Shown here one piece after another: positions 1 to 15,828 of a stretch of 64,000 nucleotides of DNA. Both the position numbers and the translations under genes were made by a program. The stretch lies in NCBI GenBank assembly GCA_000004695.1, contig CM000153.2, forward strand, positions 4,448,001 to 4,512,000. The letters run 5' to 3'. The notes under the pieces were generated by a model. The model saw only the letters and a list, made by a program, of their open reading frames with translations. It was not told the DNA's origin and ran no database searches. Source of the DNA: Dictyostelium discoideum. Lineage: Eukaryota. How positions within the stretch are numbered: position 1 is the stretch's first letter; every line of letters begins with the position of its first letter.

Positions 1-142
1 CTCAACTTCCAAATTATAGAATGTAGGTAGTTTTTAGTGAAAAAAAAAAAAAAACAAAGCAACATATTTAAGATAAATTTACTAATAAATTCATTTAAAT
101 TATTATTATTATTATTATTTTATTTTACTTTTTTTTTTTTAG

Positions 143-1349
<1,207 letters not shown>

Positions 1350-1725
1350 TGGAAAGAAAATAAAATAAAACAAAATAAATAAAAAAAAAAAAATTAAAAA
1401 TTAAAAATAGTTTCTATTTCAATTAAAGAAAGGCCTTTTACATAATATTTATTCAAAAATAATAATAATAATAATCAAAAAATAAAAATAATTTTTAATT
1501 TGTATATACATTTTTTTTTATTTTTTATTTTTTATTTTTTATTTTTTATTTTTTTTTAATATCAAAAGATAATCTAAAACTAAACTTTCATTCAAACCTT
1601 TTTAAGTTTGTAAATAAAATACATATTAAGATTTTTAATTAAAAATCAGTTAATATATTAATATGGATTTGTTTATTTATTATGATCTTTATTACTTAAA
1701 TGATTTGTTTTTAGTTGAATTTACC

Positions 1726-1760
<35 letters not shown>

Positions 1761-2024
1761 TATTTTTTTTTAAAAAATTTAAAAATATCCAAAATAATAA
1801 CCCTTGGAATCTCAAGTACTTTTAATTATTATTAGTGGAGTTCATAAATAATTGGATGGGAAAAAAAAATTCTACTCTTTTAATTATAATATCAAAAAAA
1901 AAAAAAAAAAAAGTTAATAAAAAAAAAAAAATAGAACACAAAGATGTAAAAATAATGATTCAAATAATAAAAGACAAGGTTAATTTATTAATGAGAGATA
2001 AAAAGATTATGTGTTTTGTTTTAT

Positions 2025-2056
<32 letters not shown>

Positions 2057-2462
2057 GAAGATAAAAAAGATTTGGTGAGATTACAGAATTTGCTACCACT
2101 CATTTGCGGTTGTTTTTTTTTTTTTTCCTTTTTTTTTTTTTTTTTACTTCTCAAAATTTAATTAAAAAAAAAAAAAAAAAAAAAAAAAATGTTTTAAAAA
2201 AATCAAAAATTTGAAAAAAAAAAAATCAAAAAAAATCAAAATATTTGCAGCATATGAAAAAAAATTAAAAATATACCGTTGTGACAAATTATTTTGAAAG
2301 TTATCGTGGTAAAATGGCAATATCTATTTATATAATCAATACAAATACAAGTTATATATATCTACATATAATTTGTTTGGAAAGATAAATAGGGAATAGT
2401 AATCGTGATATTTTAAAATACAAAAACACCAAAAAAAAAACCACACCCCCAAAACCCAAAAA

Positions 2463-2493
<31 letters not shown>

Positions 2494-3046
2494 TAAATAA
2501 ATAACTTGAGCGGTTTCAAATCAAAAAAAATAAATAAAAAAAATAAAAATAAAAATAAAAAAAATAAAAAAAATAAAAAAAAAAAAAAAAAAAAAAAAAG
2601 AAAAGAAAAAAAACAAAAAAATATGGAAAATCAGTTGGATACCCAATTTTTCAAATAATTTTTTTTATTTTTTATTTTAAAAAAAAAATTTTATTTTTTT
2701 TTTTTTATTTTTAATTTTTTTTTTTTTTTTTTTTGGTTTCTTACTTAAATAAAAAAAAAAAAAACAATTCATTTTTTTTTTTCAAAATAAGTTTTTGTTT
2801 ATAATATACAATAAATTAGATTTTTATTTTTAAATATAAAATCTTATTATTTGTTATTTTTTTCTATATTTATTTATTTATTTATATATACCACCCTTTA
2901 TTAAAATTACCTTGTTGTATTTATACTTTGTGTAAGTAAAAAAAAAATAAAAAAAAAAAAAAAAATTATTAAAAAATAAAAGAAGAAAATAAATGAATAA
3001 AACATATTAATTTTTTTCTATTTTAATTTTTTAAATTTTAGAAAAA

Positions 3047-3076
<30 letters not shown>

Positions 3077-3077
<1 letters not shown>

Positions 3078-6000
3078 TGAATCCAATTCATGATAGAACT
3101 TCAGATTATCACAAATACTTAAAAGTTAAACAAGGTGATTCTGATTTATTTAAACTTACTGTTTCAGATAAGAGATACATTTGGTATAATCCAGATCCAA
3201 AAGAAAGAGATTCATATGAATGTGGTGAAATTGTTTCAGAAACCTCTGATTCTTTCACATTCAAAACCGTTGATGGTCAAGACAGACAAGTCAAAAAGGA
3301 TGATGCCAATCAACGTAATCCAATCAAATTCGATGGTGTCGAAGATATGTCTGAATTATCATACCTCAATGAACCAGCAGTTTTCCACAATCTCCGTGTT
3401 CGTTACAATCAAGATTTAATTTACACCTATTCAGGTCTCTTTTTGGTTGCCGTCAATCCATTCAAGAGAATTCCAATCTACACTCAAGAGATGGTTGATA
3501 TCTTCAAAGGTCGTAGAAGAAATGAAGTTGCCCCACATATTTTCGCCATTTCTGATGTTGCCTATCGTTCAATGTTAGATGATCGTCAAAATCAATCACT
3601 CTTAATCACTGGTGAATCTGGTGCTGGTAAGACTGAAAACACCAAAAAGGTCATTCAATATCTTGCATCTGTCGCTGGTCGTAATCAAGCCAATGGTAGT
3701 GGTGTATTGGAACAACAAATTCTCCAAGCCAATCCAATCCTTGAAGCTTTTGGTAATGCCAAAACCACCCGTAACAACAATTCATCTCGTTTCGGTAAAT
3801 TCATTGAAATTCAATTCAACAGTGCTGGTTTCATTAGTGGTGCTTCAATTCAATCCTACCTTTTAGAGAAATCACGTGTCGTTTTCCAATCTGAAACCGA
3901 ACGTAATTATCACATTTTCTATCAACTCTTAGCTGGTGCCACCGCCGAAGAAAAGAAAGCTCTTCACTTGGCTGGTCCAGAATCATTCAACTACTTAAAT
4001 CAAAGTGGTTGTGTTGATATCAAAGGTGTCTCTGATAGTGAAGAATTCAAAATCACTCGTCAAGCTATGGACATTGTTGGTTTCTCACAAGAAGAACAAA
4101 TGTCAATCTTTAAGATCATTGCTGGTATCTTACATTTAGGTAACATCAAATTCGAAAAAGGTGCTGGTGAAGGTGCTGTCCTCAAAGACAAAACCGCCCT
4201 CAACGCTGCTTCAACCGTCTTTGGTGTCAATCCATCAGTCCTTGAAAAGGCTCTCATGGAACCACGTATTTTAGCCGGTCGTGATTTAGTTGCTCAACAT
4301 CTCAACGTTGAAAAATCCTCATCATCAAGAGACGCTCTTGTCAAAGCTCTCTATGGTCGTCTTTTCCTCTGGTTGGTCAAAAAGATCAACAATGTCCTCT
4401 GTCAAGAGAGAAAAGCTTACTTTATTGGTGTTTTGGATATTTCAGGTTTTGAAATTTTCAAAGTCAATTCATTCGAACAATTATGTATCAATTATACCAA
4501 TGAAAAACTCCAACAATTCTTCAATCACCATATGTTCAAATTGGAACAAGAAGAATATCTTAAAGAGAAAATCAATTGGACTTTCATCGATTTTGGTCTT
4601 GATTCACAAGCCACTATCGATTTAATTGATGGTCGTCAACCACCAGGTATTTTAGCTCTTTTGGATGAACAATCTGTTTTCCCAAATGCCACCGATAATA
4701 CTTTAATCACCAAACTCCACAGTCACTTTAGCAAGAAGAACGCCAAATACGAAGAACCACGTTTCTCCAAAACCGAATTTGGTGTTACCCATTATGCTGG
4801 TCAAGTCATGTATGAGATTCAAGATTGGTTAGAAAAGAACAAAGATCCATTACAACAAGATCTCGAACTTTGCTTCAAAGATTCATCAGACAACGTTGTC
4901 ACCAAACTTTTCAATGATCCAAACATTGCCAGTCGTGCAAAGAAAGGTGCAAACTTTATCACTGTCGCCGCTCAATACAAGGAACAATTAGCCTCACTCA
5001 TGGCCACCCTTGAAACCACCAACCCACATTTCGTTCGTTGTATCATTCCAAACAACAAACAATTACCAGCCAAACTCGAAGATAAAGTTGTCCTCGACCA
5101 ATTACGTTGCAATGGTGTCCTCGAAGGTATTCGTATTACTCGTAAAGGTTTCCCAAATCGTATTATCTATGCCGATTTCGTCAAACGTTACTATTTATTA
5201 GCTCCAAACGTTCCAAGAGACGCTGAAGACTCACAAAAAGCCACCGATGCTGTTCTCAAACATCTTAACATTGATCCAGAACAATATCGTTTCGGTATCA
5301 CCAAGATTTTCTTCCGTGCCGGTCAATTAGCTCGTATTGAAGAAGCTCGTGAACAACGTATCTCTGAAATCATCAAAGCCATTCAAGCTGCCACTCGTGG
5401 TTGGATCGCTCGTAAAGTCTACAAACAAGCACGTGAACACACTGTTGCTGCTCGTATCATCCAACAAAATCTCCGTGCTTACATTGATTTCAAATCATGG
5501 CCATGGTGGAAACTCTTCTCAAAGGCTCGTCCATTATTAAAGAGAAGAAACTTTGAAAAGGAAATCAAAGAAAAGGAAAGAGAAATCTTAGAACTCAAAT
5601 CTAATCTCACCGACTCTACCACTCAAAAGGATAAATTAGAGAAATCACTCAAAGATACTGAATCCAATGTACTCGATCTCCAACGTCAACTCAAAGCTGA
5701 AAAAGAAACCCTCAAAGCTATGTACGATAGCAAGGATGCCTTAGAAGCTCAAAAACGTGAATTAGAAATCCGTGTTGAAGATATGGAATCTGAACTCGAC
5801 GAAAAGAAATTAGCTTTGGAAAACCTCCAAAACCAAAAACGTTCAGTCGAAGAAAAAGTCAGAGACTTGGAAGAAGAATTACAAGAGGAACAAAAATTAC
5901 GTAATACCCTTGAAAAATTAAAGAAGAAATACGAAGAGGAATTAGAAGAAATGAAACGTGTCAATGACGGTCAATCTGATACCATCTCTCGTTTAGAAAA

Positions 6001-9000
6001 AATCAAGGATGAATTACAAAAAGAAGTTGAAGAATTAACTGAAAGCTTCTCTGAAGAATCCAAAGATAAAGGTGTTTTAGAAAAGACTCGTGTCAGATTA
6101 CAAAGTGAATTGGATGATTTAACCGTAAGATTAGATAGTGAAACCAAAGACAAATCTGAATTACTCCGTCAAAAGAAGAAACTCGAAGAAGAACTCAAAC
6201 AAGTTCAAGAAGCTCTCGCTGCTGAAACTGCTGCTAAATTAGCTCAAGAAGCTGCCAACAAGAAATTACAAGGTGAATACACTGAATTAAACGAAAAATT
6301 CAACTCTGAAGTCACTGCTCGTTCAAATGTTGAAAAATCAAAGAAGACCCTCGAAAGTCAATTGGTTGCCGTCAACAACGAATTAGATGAAGAGAAGAAG
6401 AATCGTGATGCCCTTGAAAAGAAGAAGAAAGCTTTAGACGCTATGTTAGAGGAAATGAAAGATCAATTAGAATCCACTGGTGGTGAAAAGAAATCACTCT
6501 ATGATCTCAAAGTTAAACAAGAATCAGATATGGAGGCTTTACGTAATCAAATCTCTGAACTCCAATCAACTATTGCCAAATTAGAAAAGATTAAATCCAC
6601 TTTAGAAGGTGAAGTTGCTCGTTTACAAGGTGAATTAGAAGCTGAACAATTAGCCAAATCCAACGTTGAAAAACAAAAGAAGAAGGTTGAATTAGATTTG
6701 GAAGATAAATCTGCTCAATTAGCTGAAGAAACCGCCGCCAAACAAGCTTTAGATAAATTAAAGAAGAAATTAGAACAAGAATTATCTGAAGTTCAAACTC
6801 AACTCTCTGAAGCCAACAACAAGAATGTCAACTCTGATTCCACCAACAAACATTTGGAAACCTCTTTCAATAATCTCAAATTAGAATTGGAAGCTGAACA
6901 AAAAGCCAAACAAGCTCTTGAAAAGAAACGTCTCGGTTTAGAATCTGAATTAAAACATGTCAATGAACAATTGGAAGAAGAAAAGAAACAAAAAGAATCC
7001 AACGAAAAACGTAAAGTTGATTTAGAAAAGGAAGTCTCTGAACTCAAAGACCAAATTGAAGAAGAAGTTGCCTCCAAGAAAGCTGTCACTGAAGCCAAGA
7101 ACAAGAAAGAATCTGAACTCGATGAAATCAAGAGACAATATGCTGATGTTGTTTCATCTCGTGATAAATCAGTCGAACAATTAAAGACCTTACAAGCCAA
7201 GAATGAAGAATTAAGAAACACTGCTGAAGAAGCTGAAGGTCAATTAGATCGTGCTGAAAGAAGCAAGAAGAAAGCTGAATTCGATTTAGAAGAAGCCGTC
7301 AAGAATTTGGAAGAAGAAACCGCCAAGAAAGTTAAAGCTGAAAAAGCCATGAAGAAAGCTGAAACTGACTATCGTTCAACCAAATCTGAATTGGATGATG
7401 CCAAGAACGTCTCATCTGAACAATACGTTCAAATCAAACGTCTCAATGAAGAACTCTCTGAATTACGTAGTGTCTTGGAAGAAGCTGATGAACGTTGTAA
7501 CTCTGCCATCAAAGCAAAGAAAACCGCTGAATCTGCTTTAGAATCATTGAAAGATGAAATTGATGCTGCCAACAACGCCAAAGCTAAAGCTGAAAGAAAA
7601 TCCAAAGAATTAGAAGTTCGTGTCGCTGAATTAGAAGAATCATTGGAAGATAAATCTGGTACCGTCAATGTTGAATTCATTCGTAAGAAGGATGCTGAAA
7701 TCGATGATTTACGTGCTCGTCTCGACAGAGAAACTGAAAGTCGTATCAAATCTGATGAAGATAAGAAGAACACTCGTAAACAATTTGCTGATTTAGAAGC
7801 TAAGGTTGAAGAAGCTCAACGTGAAGTTGTCACCATCGATAGATTAAAGAAGAAACTCGAATCTGATATCATCGATTTATCAACTCAATTGGATACTGAA
7901 ACCAAATCTCGTATCAAGATTGAAAAGAGCAAGAAGAAACTCGAACAAACTCTCGCTGAAAGAAGAGCCGCTGAAGAAGGTTCATCCAAAGCTGCTGATG
8001 AAGAAATTCGTAAACAAGTCTGGCAAGAGGTTGATGAGTTACGTGCTCAATTAGATAGTGAACGTGCTGCTCTCAATGCTTCTGAAAAGAAGATCAAATC
8101 TTTGGTCGCCGAAGTCGATGAAGTCAAGGAACAATTAGAAGATGAAATCCTCGCCAAAGACAAATTAGTCAAAGCCAAACGTGCCCTCGAAGTTGAATTA
8201 GAGGAAGTCAGAGACCAATTAGAAGAGGAAGAAGATTCTCGTTCAGAATTAGAAGACAGCAAACGTCGTCTCACTACTGAAGTCGAAGATATCAAGAAGA
8301 AATACGATGCTGAAGTCGAACAAAACACCAAATTAGATGAAGCCAAGAAGAAACTCACTGATGATGTTGATACTCTCAAGAAACAATTGGAAGATGAAAA
8401 GAAGAAATTGAACGAATCTGAACGTGCCAAGAAACGTTTAGAATCTGAAAATGAAGATTTCCTTGCCAAACTTGATGCTGAAGTTAAGAATCGTTCACGT
8501 GCTGAAAAGGATCGTAAGAAATACGAAAAGGATCTCAAGGATACCAAATACAAATTAAACGACGAAGCTGCCACCAAGACTCAAACCGAAATTGGTGCCG
8601 CCAAACTCGAAGATCAAATCGATGAATTACGTTCCAAACTTGAACAAGAACAAGCCAAAGCCACTCAAGCCGATAAGAGTAAGAAGACTTTGGAAGGTGA
8701 AATTGACAACTTACGTGCTCAAATCGAAGATGAAGGTAAGATCAAGATGAGATTAGAAAAAGAAAAACGTGCTCTCGAAGGTGAATTAGAAGAATTAAGA
8801 GAAACCGTTGAAGAAGCTGAAGACTCTAAATCTGAAGCTGAACAATCCAAACGTTTAGTCGAATTAGAATTAGAAGATGCTCGTCGTAACCTCCAAAAAG
8901 AAATCGATGCCAAAGAAATCGCTGAAGATGCCAAATCTAACCTCCAACGTGAAATCGTCGAAGCCAAAGGTCGTCTCGAAGAAGAATCCATCGCTCGTAC

Positions 9001-9427
9001 CAACTCTGATCGTTCAAGAAAGAGACTCGAAGCTGAAATTGATGCCCTCACTGCTCAAGTTGATGCTGAACAAAAAGCCAAGAATCAACAAATCAAAGAA
9101 AACAAGAAGATCGAAACCGAACTCAAAGAATACAGAAAGAAATTCGGCGAATCAGAAAAGACCAAGACCAAAGAATTCCTCGTTGTCGAAAAACTCGAAA
9201 CAGATTACAAGAGAGCCAAGAAAGAAGCTGCTGATGAACAACAACAACGTCTTACTGTTGAAAACGATCTCCGTAAACACCTCAGTGAAATCTCATTACT
9301 CAAAGATGCCATTGATAAGTTACAACGTGATCACGATAAGACCAAACGTGAATTGGAAACAGAAACTGCCAGCAAAATCGAAATGCAAAGAAAGATGGCC
9401 GATTTCTTTGGTGGTTTCAAAGCTTAA
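3077..9427 (+). CDS. mhcA: Myosin II heavy chain (conventional non-muscle myosin), complete single-exon CDS of 2116 aa.
   Basis: One uninterrupted ORF. The N-terminal motor domain carries the P-loop GESGAGKT, switch I NSSRFGK, switch II LDISGFE and an IQ region (IQAATRGWIARK), followed by about 1300 aa of heptad coiled-coil tail. Length and sequence match Dictyostelium myosin II heavy chain. Codon usage is relatively GC-rich, as in a highly expressed gene. Confidence 0.97.
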
Positions 9428-9760
9428 ATCAATTTGATTTCTTCTTAATTCAATGCTAAAAAAAAAAATATTATAAAAAAAAAAACACACACAACAAATA
9501 AATTAATAAATACCATTTATTAAAAAAAAAAAAAAAAAAAAAAAACCTATTTTAACAATTATTTTATTATTTTTATTTTTAGTTTTGTTAAAAAAAAAAT
9601 TATTATCTTTATTTATAATTATAAAAAATTTATCCAATGATCATTTTTTAACTTTTTTATTATTTAGTATATTAAATAAAATAGATCTAAAAATTAAATA
9701 AGTTTTTTTTTATTTCTTTTATTATTTTTTCTTTTTAATATTTAATACAAATTTGACTTA

Positions 9761-12700
9761 TTAATACAATTTTTTTAATTTTGAACCCAACTTGTTTTTG
9801 GTTAAAAGTAAATTGGTTCTGAATTTTTTAAAAATAATTGAACAAATAATTATAATACAAACAAAACCAACACAAGGGACAACAATTACCACTGGTAAAA
9901 ACCATTTGTCATGACCATCATCATCATCATTAATGCATTTTTTTATATTCAGAGCTAACTAATACAGAGAAATCTTTAGATTTAAATGTTAGTATTTTTT
10001 TTTTTTTATTTTTTTTTTTTATTTTTTTTTTTAATACATACCTGGATCAATTATACATTTCTTTGTACAATGAGGTAAATATAAACCAACAATAACACTT
10101 TGGTTATTATTGTTTTGAATGGTTGGTTGTTTAACAATTTTTGTTGTAATAAATGTTGGGTAACCATCACTAACAACTCTATTAATAAAACGACCATATA
10201 AAATTTTTTTATTTTTTGAAATAATAATATAATTGGTCATTTTCTATTTGGCTTGTATCTATTTTGGTTTCCTCCAGATTACATTCATTAGGTTTATTGA
10301 TTTTGTCATCATCACTTACAATCGATTCCATTTGAAGTTGTAATGTATTTAGGGAGCTAATATATGGGTAATTTTCAATAACAATTGATATTTTAATTGA
10401 GTTTGCATCTAAAGTTAAATTCAATCCACCAAAGGAGTGTTCTCTTGTGGTTTTTACTTCCTCTATAGTATAAATTACATTACAATCGGTACCATTTAAT
10501 GTATGGTTGAATATAAATAAATTATTTATTGAATTGTCGGTAGTCCAGTTTTTAAAATTATTTTCTTTTACAATTTTTTGATTAAAATCATATTCAACCA
10601 AAGATAATAGTTTAATTTCATATGACGTTTTTTCATTATTTAAAACTGTTGAACCATCGGTTTTGTTAACATTGGTTTCAGAGTCAGGAGGTCTAATTGG
10701 TCCAGATGTTTCACTTGGAGTTGAGGAGGTGGTAGTAGGAGAGGTGGTTGAGGAAGGAGGATTATTGTTTTTAGCATTACAATCGAAGCCACCCCAACCT
10801 GAATTACATTTACATTCACCCACCAACGTATTACAAACTCCATGGCCAGAGCAATCATTTGGGCATTTATACACCATTTCAGAGTAATGGTAAATATCTT
10901 TTGCTATATATACAATACCATTTTGAGTTAGATTTACAGATTTTGTACCTGATCCAGCACCAATTGAGCAAGAGGCATATGAACTATTTATAATGAAATT
11001 GTTACAATCTAAATTTCCTATTCGAATAGTTAAATTATTATGTGAGAATCCAAACCAGCCAAATATTTGAACTAATCCACCATCTGTTGAAGATGGAATA
11101 ACTGATGAAATGTATTGTAGAGGTGTCTCACAATGTTGTCCAGTATAAAGTTTATTACATGTACAAATACCAGTTTTATTATTACAAACATTATCTATTG
11201 CATCTATTTCACTACAACCACCACAATCAATAAAAGGTAAATCACAATTTAAACCTTGATGATTATTATCACAAATGCAAATACCAGTTTGATTATTACA
11301 TTGTCCAAAAGCACCACAAAATAATTCACCACCATATAGGCAATTATTTATTAAAATTGAACAATCATTTCCTTTATATTCACTATTACAAATACATGAT
11401 CCATTGCCAGTAAAACAAATACCATTATTACAATCAACTGAACACATAGTAACATTATTAATTACTTGACCCCTCTCAATTGTAACTTGAGTAGTCAAAC
11501 CAAACGAGGTTAATAAAACAATTCTATATGGTTTTAATTGACTAAAGCCCATCAAACAATTTATTTCATTGAAAGTAGTGGATAAAATTTGACAATCATT
11601 ACCATCAATTGTAATTGAAATATCACTTTTATTATAAGAATAGAATGATCCAATAAAAGTATATGTATTCCCAACAAGAGGAGATGTTATTGTTTCAATA
11701 ATTGGATAGTTTGAATAAGTAGATAATGTATAATTTTTACCTATAAATTCAAAAGTAATAGCTTTTTTAGATCCTATATTGGTTACTTGGCCTTGAAATA
11801 ACTTGTTTGGTTTTATCATTGACATTGTGTTGGGTTGATTAGAGATTGGAATTTTGTAACCTAAATTTTCTCCCCATAGAGTAAAACTATTGTTTATAAA
11901 TATTATATTTGGTATTGGTGAGTTATTTATACATTTTGGAAAATTTAATTCTGAAACACTGGTGTTTTTAATTAAATAAGAAAGTACATCATATTGTGAA
12001 CTCATATAACCTTTTATTTTTTTTTTATATTTTCAAATTTCCAAAAAAAAAAATTAATAAAAATAATAACAAAAAGAAATTAAAAACTATAATAATAATA
12101 ATATACGTACATGAATAACAAACTGGTATATTAGTTATACCAATATTAAATGAAACATTTAAAAGGGTATTACAAAAACTATCGGGTATTGAGCCTTGAA
12201 AGTTATTATAAACAAAATTTCTAAAAATTATTGTTTGATTAGTTATTTTTTTTTTATAGATAATTTTAAAATAAAAATAATGATAATTACAAATTCGCTG
12301 TACTATTTAACAAAAAGTCTGGTAATGGTCCTGACAACGAATTTTTTCCAAGATTCACCGATTTAACATTCATAAATATATTTTTATTTGGAATAGTGGC
12401 AATTCCACCATTGGCTATTATAAATTCTTGTAAAGATCCTGGAAGATTTGTTAATGGAAGAGCAGAGTTTAAGATTGGAAAAACAAAACTGTTTGAAGAG
12501 GGATTTATTTTACTATAAAAATTATTGATATAAAATAATATTAATTATTAAAAAAAAAAAAAAAATTAAATAAAAAAAAATATCAATAATAATATATACA
12601 TACAAATATTTTAGTTGTTTTGAATTTGATAAATCAATTGTCGAATTCAATGGGCTTATATAACCATATAAAGAACTAATATTAGTAATAATAACAATTA

Positions 12701-13494
12701 TAAAGTATTAGTATTGAAATTTATATCAATTATAAAATAGTAATTATATATATGCACTTACAAAGATTCACAAAGGTTTGGATTTAAAAATAATGATAAT
12801 GGAAAGTCAATAAAACTTTGTAATGAATGAATGACCAAATTCTTTACAGATGAATAGGTATTTATATTATTACCATTTATTGGATTGGATACAATCATTA
12901 AAGTCCTAAAAGTTTTTTTTTTTTTTAAAATTAAAAAAAAAATTAATTTGGGATTAAATTTTAAAAGAATAATAATTAATAATTTTCTTACAATAATTCA
13001 ATTGAAATATTTGTGAAATCAGGAACAGATCTAACATGCATTTGAATGGTCTCTACACTATATTTTGGTTGGCTTGGATCAAAATCTTCTAAAGTTGGGA
13101 GAATATTGTCAAGTTGAGGATAAATATTACTAGGTAAAAGTATGGAAAAATAATTCAAGTGATTAAATATTTTTCTACTAATAACCCCATTATAATTATT
13201 TAATGGTTCTTCTAAAACTAAATATCTATTTTTATTTTATTTTATTTTATTTTATTTTATTTTATTTTTTTTTAAAAATTTATTGGTTAAAATATATGTC
13301 AATTTAGAAAAAAAAAAAAAAAAAACTTTTAAGTTATCAAAAAACCTACAATTTTGTTAAATTTTTTGGTAATGTTGTAGGAATAGTAATATTTTTACAA
13401 AAAAAAAAATTAATAGCTGAAATGGAAGTATCAAAAAAAGCCTCTCCATCAGAAATGGTATAATTATACAATATCCTTTAATAATAATAATAAT

Positions 13495-13546
<52 letters not shown>

Positions 13547-13981
13547 TAATAATAAAAATAATAATAATAAAATAAATAAAAAAATAATAGTTAGTAAAGA
13601 TTTTTAATTTGCTTTTTTTTTTTTTTTTTTTTTTTTAACTAACATTGAGTTTAATCTTCCAAAACATTTAAAATTTTGTTGTGAAATTGGATTAAGAAGT
13701 TGGGAAGCTTTAAGAGTAATACGTGTAATATAATAAATTGAATCTCCTATCTCATCCACATCTTGTTCACAAATAAATGAATCACTTGAACAAATAGATA
13801 CCGAATATGATTGAATGCTATTTTCAAAATAGCTGATAAAATCGTTTGATTTTCCTGTGACTGAAATTAAATTTTTTAAACAAATTTGATCATCATTTGA
13901 AATATATTGGTATGTATTGGAAAAAGAAACAAAATAATACAAATATATTAAAAGAACAAATATATAAACCTTTAGTTGCAT
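9761..13981 (-). CDS. Family member A of the LRR/EGF-like/TM receptor-like family (signal peptide, Cys-flanked LRRs, IPT-like region, EGF-like repeats, TM). Exons on the minus strand are 13644..13981, 13350..13475, 12992..13225, 12762..12905, 12604..12675, 12291..12512, 12111..12220 and a large exon ~10209(10320)..12010. Putative 3' exons 10042..10240 and 9761..9954 carry the TM helix.
   Basis: Exon 1 starts MQLKVYIFVLLIYLYYFVS (signal peptide). Middle exons encode plant-like LRRs (…LSGPLPDFLLNSTANL, …NFQGSIPDSFCN…) with GTAAGT/GTATGT/GTAAGA donors and phase-2 junctions that mirror the paralogs at 32-51 kb. The large exon encodes EGF-like Cys repeats (CxCxxxxxGxxC) and a TIG-like segment. The last exon encodes DKWFLPVVIVVPCVGFVCIIIICSIIF (TM) plus a short basic tail. 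The reading frame between 10209 and 10240 needs either a 76-nt GTAAGT..ATAG splice or a frameshift (see findings). Confidence 0.6.
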
Positions 13982-13990
13982 TTTAATTAA

Positions 13991-14041
<51 letters not shown>

Positions 14042-14465
14042 CAAAACAAATATCTGATTTCAATGAATTGTTTTATTGCCAAAAAAAAAAATAAAAAAAA
14101 AATAAAACTGATTTTTTATTCAACCAAACACCAAAATAAGTTTCAAATAAAAAAAAAAAAAAAAAAAAAAATAAATCTTTTGTAATTGTTTTTATTATCA
14201 AAATTATGATTATTTATTTTTTTTTTTTTTTTTTTTTTTCCCCTGTTTTGTTTTTTATTTTTACTTAATTTAATGAGTTAAAGAATTATCCTATTTACAA
14301 ATAATTACTAATCCCACTTTTTGTTTTTTTTTTTTTTTTTGCCAAATGGTTTTTCTTTTTTTTTTTTTTTTTTTTTTTTAAATACACAATTAAACTAAAT
14401 AATATAAAATCGGACATAATTTTTTTCTTTGTTTTTTTTCTTGTTTTTTTTTTTTTTTCTTCTTT

Positions 14466-14729
14466 TTACATTCCTTTCCATAATCTTATTGTACCATCTA
14501 ATGAACCACTTGCGAATGATGCTCCGTCTGGAGAGAAACGGCAACAATTGACAGGACCATGATGTCCTTTATTCACTTCAATTTCATTGCCAGTGCTAAA
14601 ATCATAAACGTGAACCCAAAAATCACTACCACCAGCAATGAATTTTGAATTGTCAGGATGTAATGATGCACAATTAACATCAAATGGTAATGAGTAAACT
14701 TTTAATGGATAGAACCTAAAATAAATTAA

Positions 14730-14761
<32 letters not shown>

Positions 14762-15679
14762 AATCGTAACATGTTAATAATAATAATAATAATAATGGTG
14801 ATTAGTATTTGAATTTTTTTATTTTTTTTTTTCCTAAAAAAAAAGTAACATACGATTGAGCATCCCAAAAAGTTACTTCATTACCAGCGGTTGTAACTAA
14901 AAACCTTCTATCTTTACTAAATTCCATACTTGTGATTGAAGATTTTGCGCATAAAGAAACTTGTGTACCACTTCTTAAATCCCATATTCTAATTACCTCA
15001 TCTAAACCACCACTCAAGACAATATCATCATTATGTACACTCCATGTTGCTGTTTTAATCGTATTTGTATGTCCTGAAATTTGAAGTAATGGGTCATTTG
15101 GTCTCTCTAAATCGAATATTCTAAGTATCTTTTCACTACCACCTGTAACAACTCTACTATTATTATTTGAAAAATCTGCTGTCTTTACTATTGATTGATG
15201 TTCAATTGAAAGTATTTCACTACCGTTTAATGTATCCCATAATTTACTATAATAATAACAATTTTCAATTAATTTATGTGGGTGATTTTATTATTTATTA
15301 TTTATTATTTATTATTTATTATAGATTGTAAATTTCTTACACTGTATAATCAGCAGATGCTGTCAATGCTTGAGAAGCTGTAGAATTGAATCTTGATGAC
15401 CAAACTGCGCCTTTGTGGCCTTCAAAAGTTCCAATCCAATCACCATTCTCACCATTTCTGAGCATTGGTGACCCATCTAATTGAAAAGTTATATTAATAT
15501 ATATGCAACTTTTTTATTTATTTTTTATTTTTTATTTCTATTCCTTTTCACTTTTATTTAAATAATTAGTACAAACCTAAACATGCAGAAACTATAAAAC
15601 TACCATCTGAATTTTCATTACTAAATGATAAATCTGAAACTGGTCTTGAGTGACCTGAACAAATAAGGGGTTGCCTCAT
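14466..15679 (-). CDS. strap: Serine-threonine kinase receptor-associated protein (STRAP/UNRIP)-like WD40 protein, about 293 aa. Exons on the minus strand: 15577..15679, 15341..15476, 14854..15246, 14466..14715.
   Basis: [20 protein letters not shown]… (human STRAP MAMRQTPLTCSGHTRPVVDLAFS). [26 protein letters not shown] (human [26 protein letters not shown]). …[26 protein letters not shown]…, …[16 protein letters not shown]… and C-terminus …[33 protein letters not shown]. Introns have GTTTGT/GTAAGA/GTATGT donors with consistent phases. Confidence 0.85.
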
Positions 15680-15828
15680 TATATGTGTGTATATATATAT
15701 GTGAAATGAAGAGTTTGTTTTTTTTTATTTTTTTTTATTTTTATTGGTATAAATATATTGAATATGTATTACTTTTAGTTGTAAACTAAGTGAGAAAATG
15801 CTCGTGTGCGCGTGGGTGCAAGTGATAA

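Noticed and set aside
1835-2154. Short poly-Lys or poly-Phe ORFs upstream of mhcA
   Set aside because: They are translations of poly-A or poly-T tracts in the mhcA promoter region and have no coding composition.
10031-10240. The ORF 'MTNYIIISKNKK…' as a separate gene
   Set aside because: It is the continuation (in a shifted frame) of the 3' end of family member A leading into the TM exon. It is interpreted under the frameshift or retained-intron finding instead.
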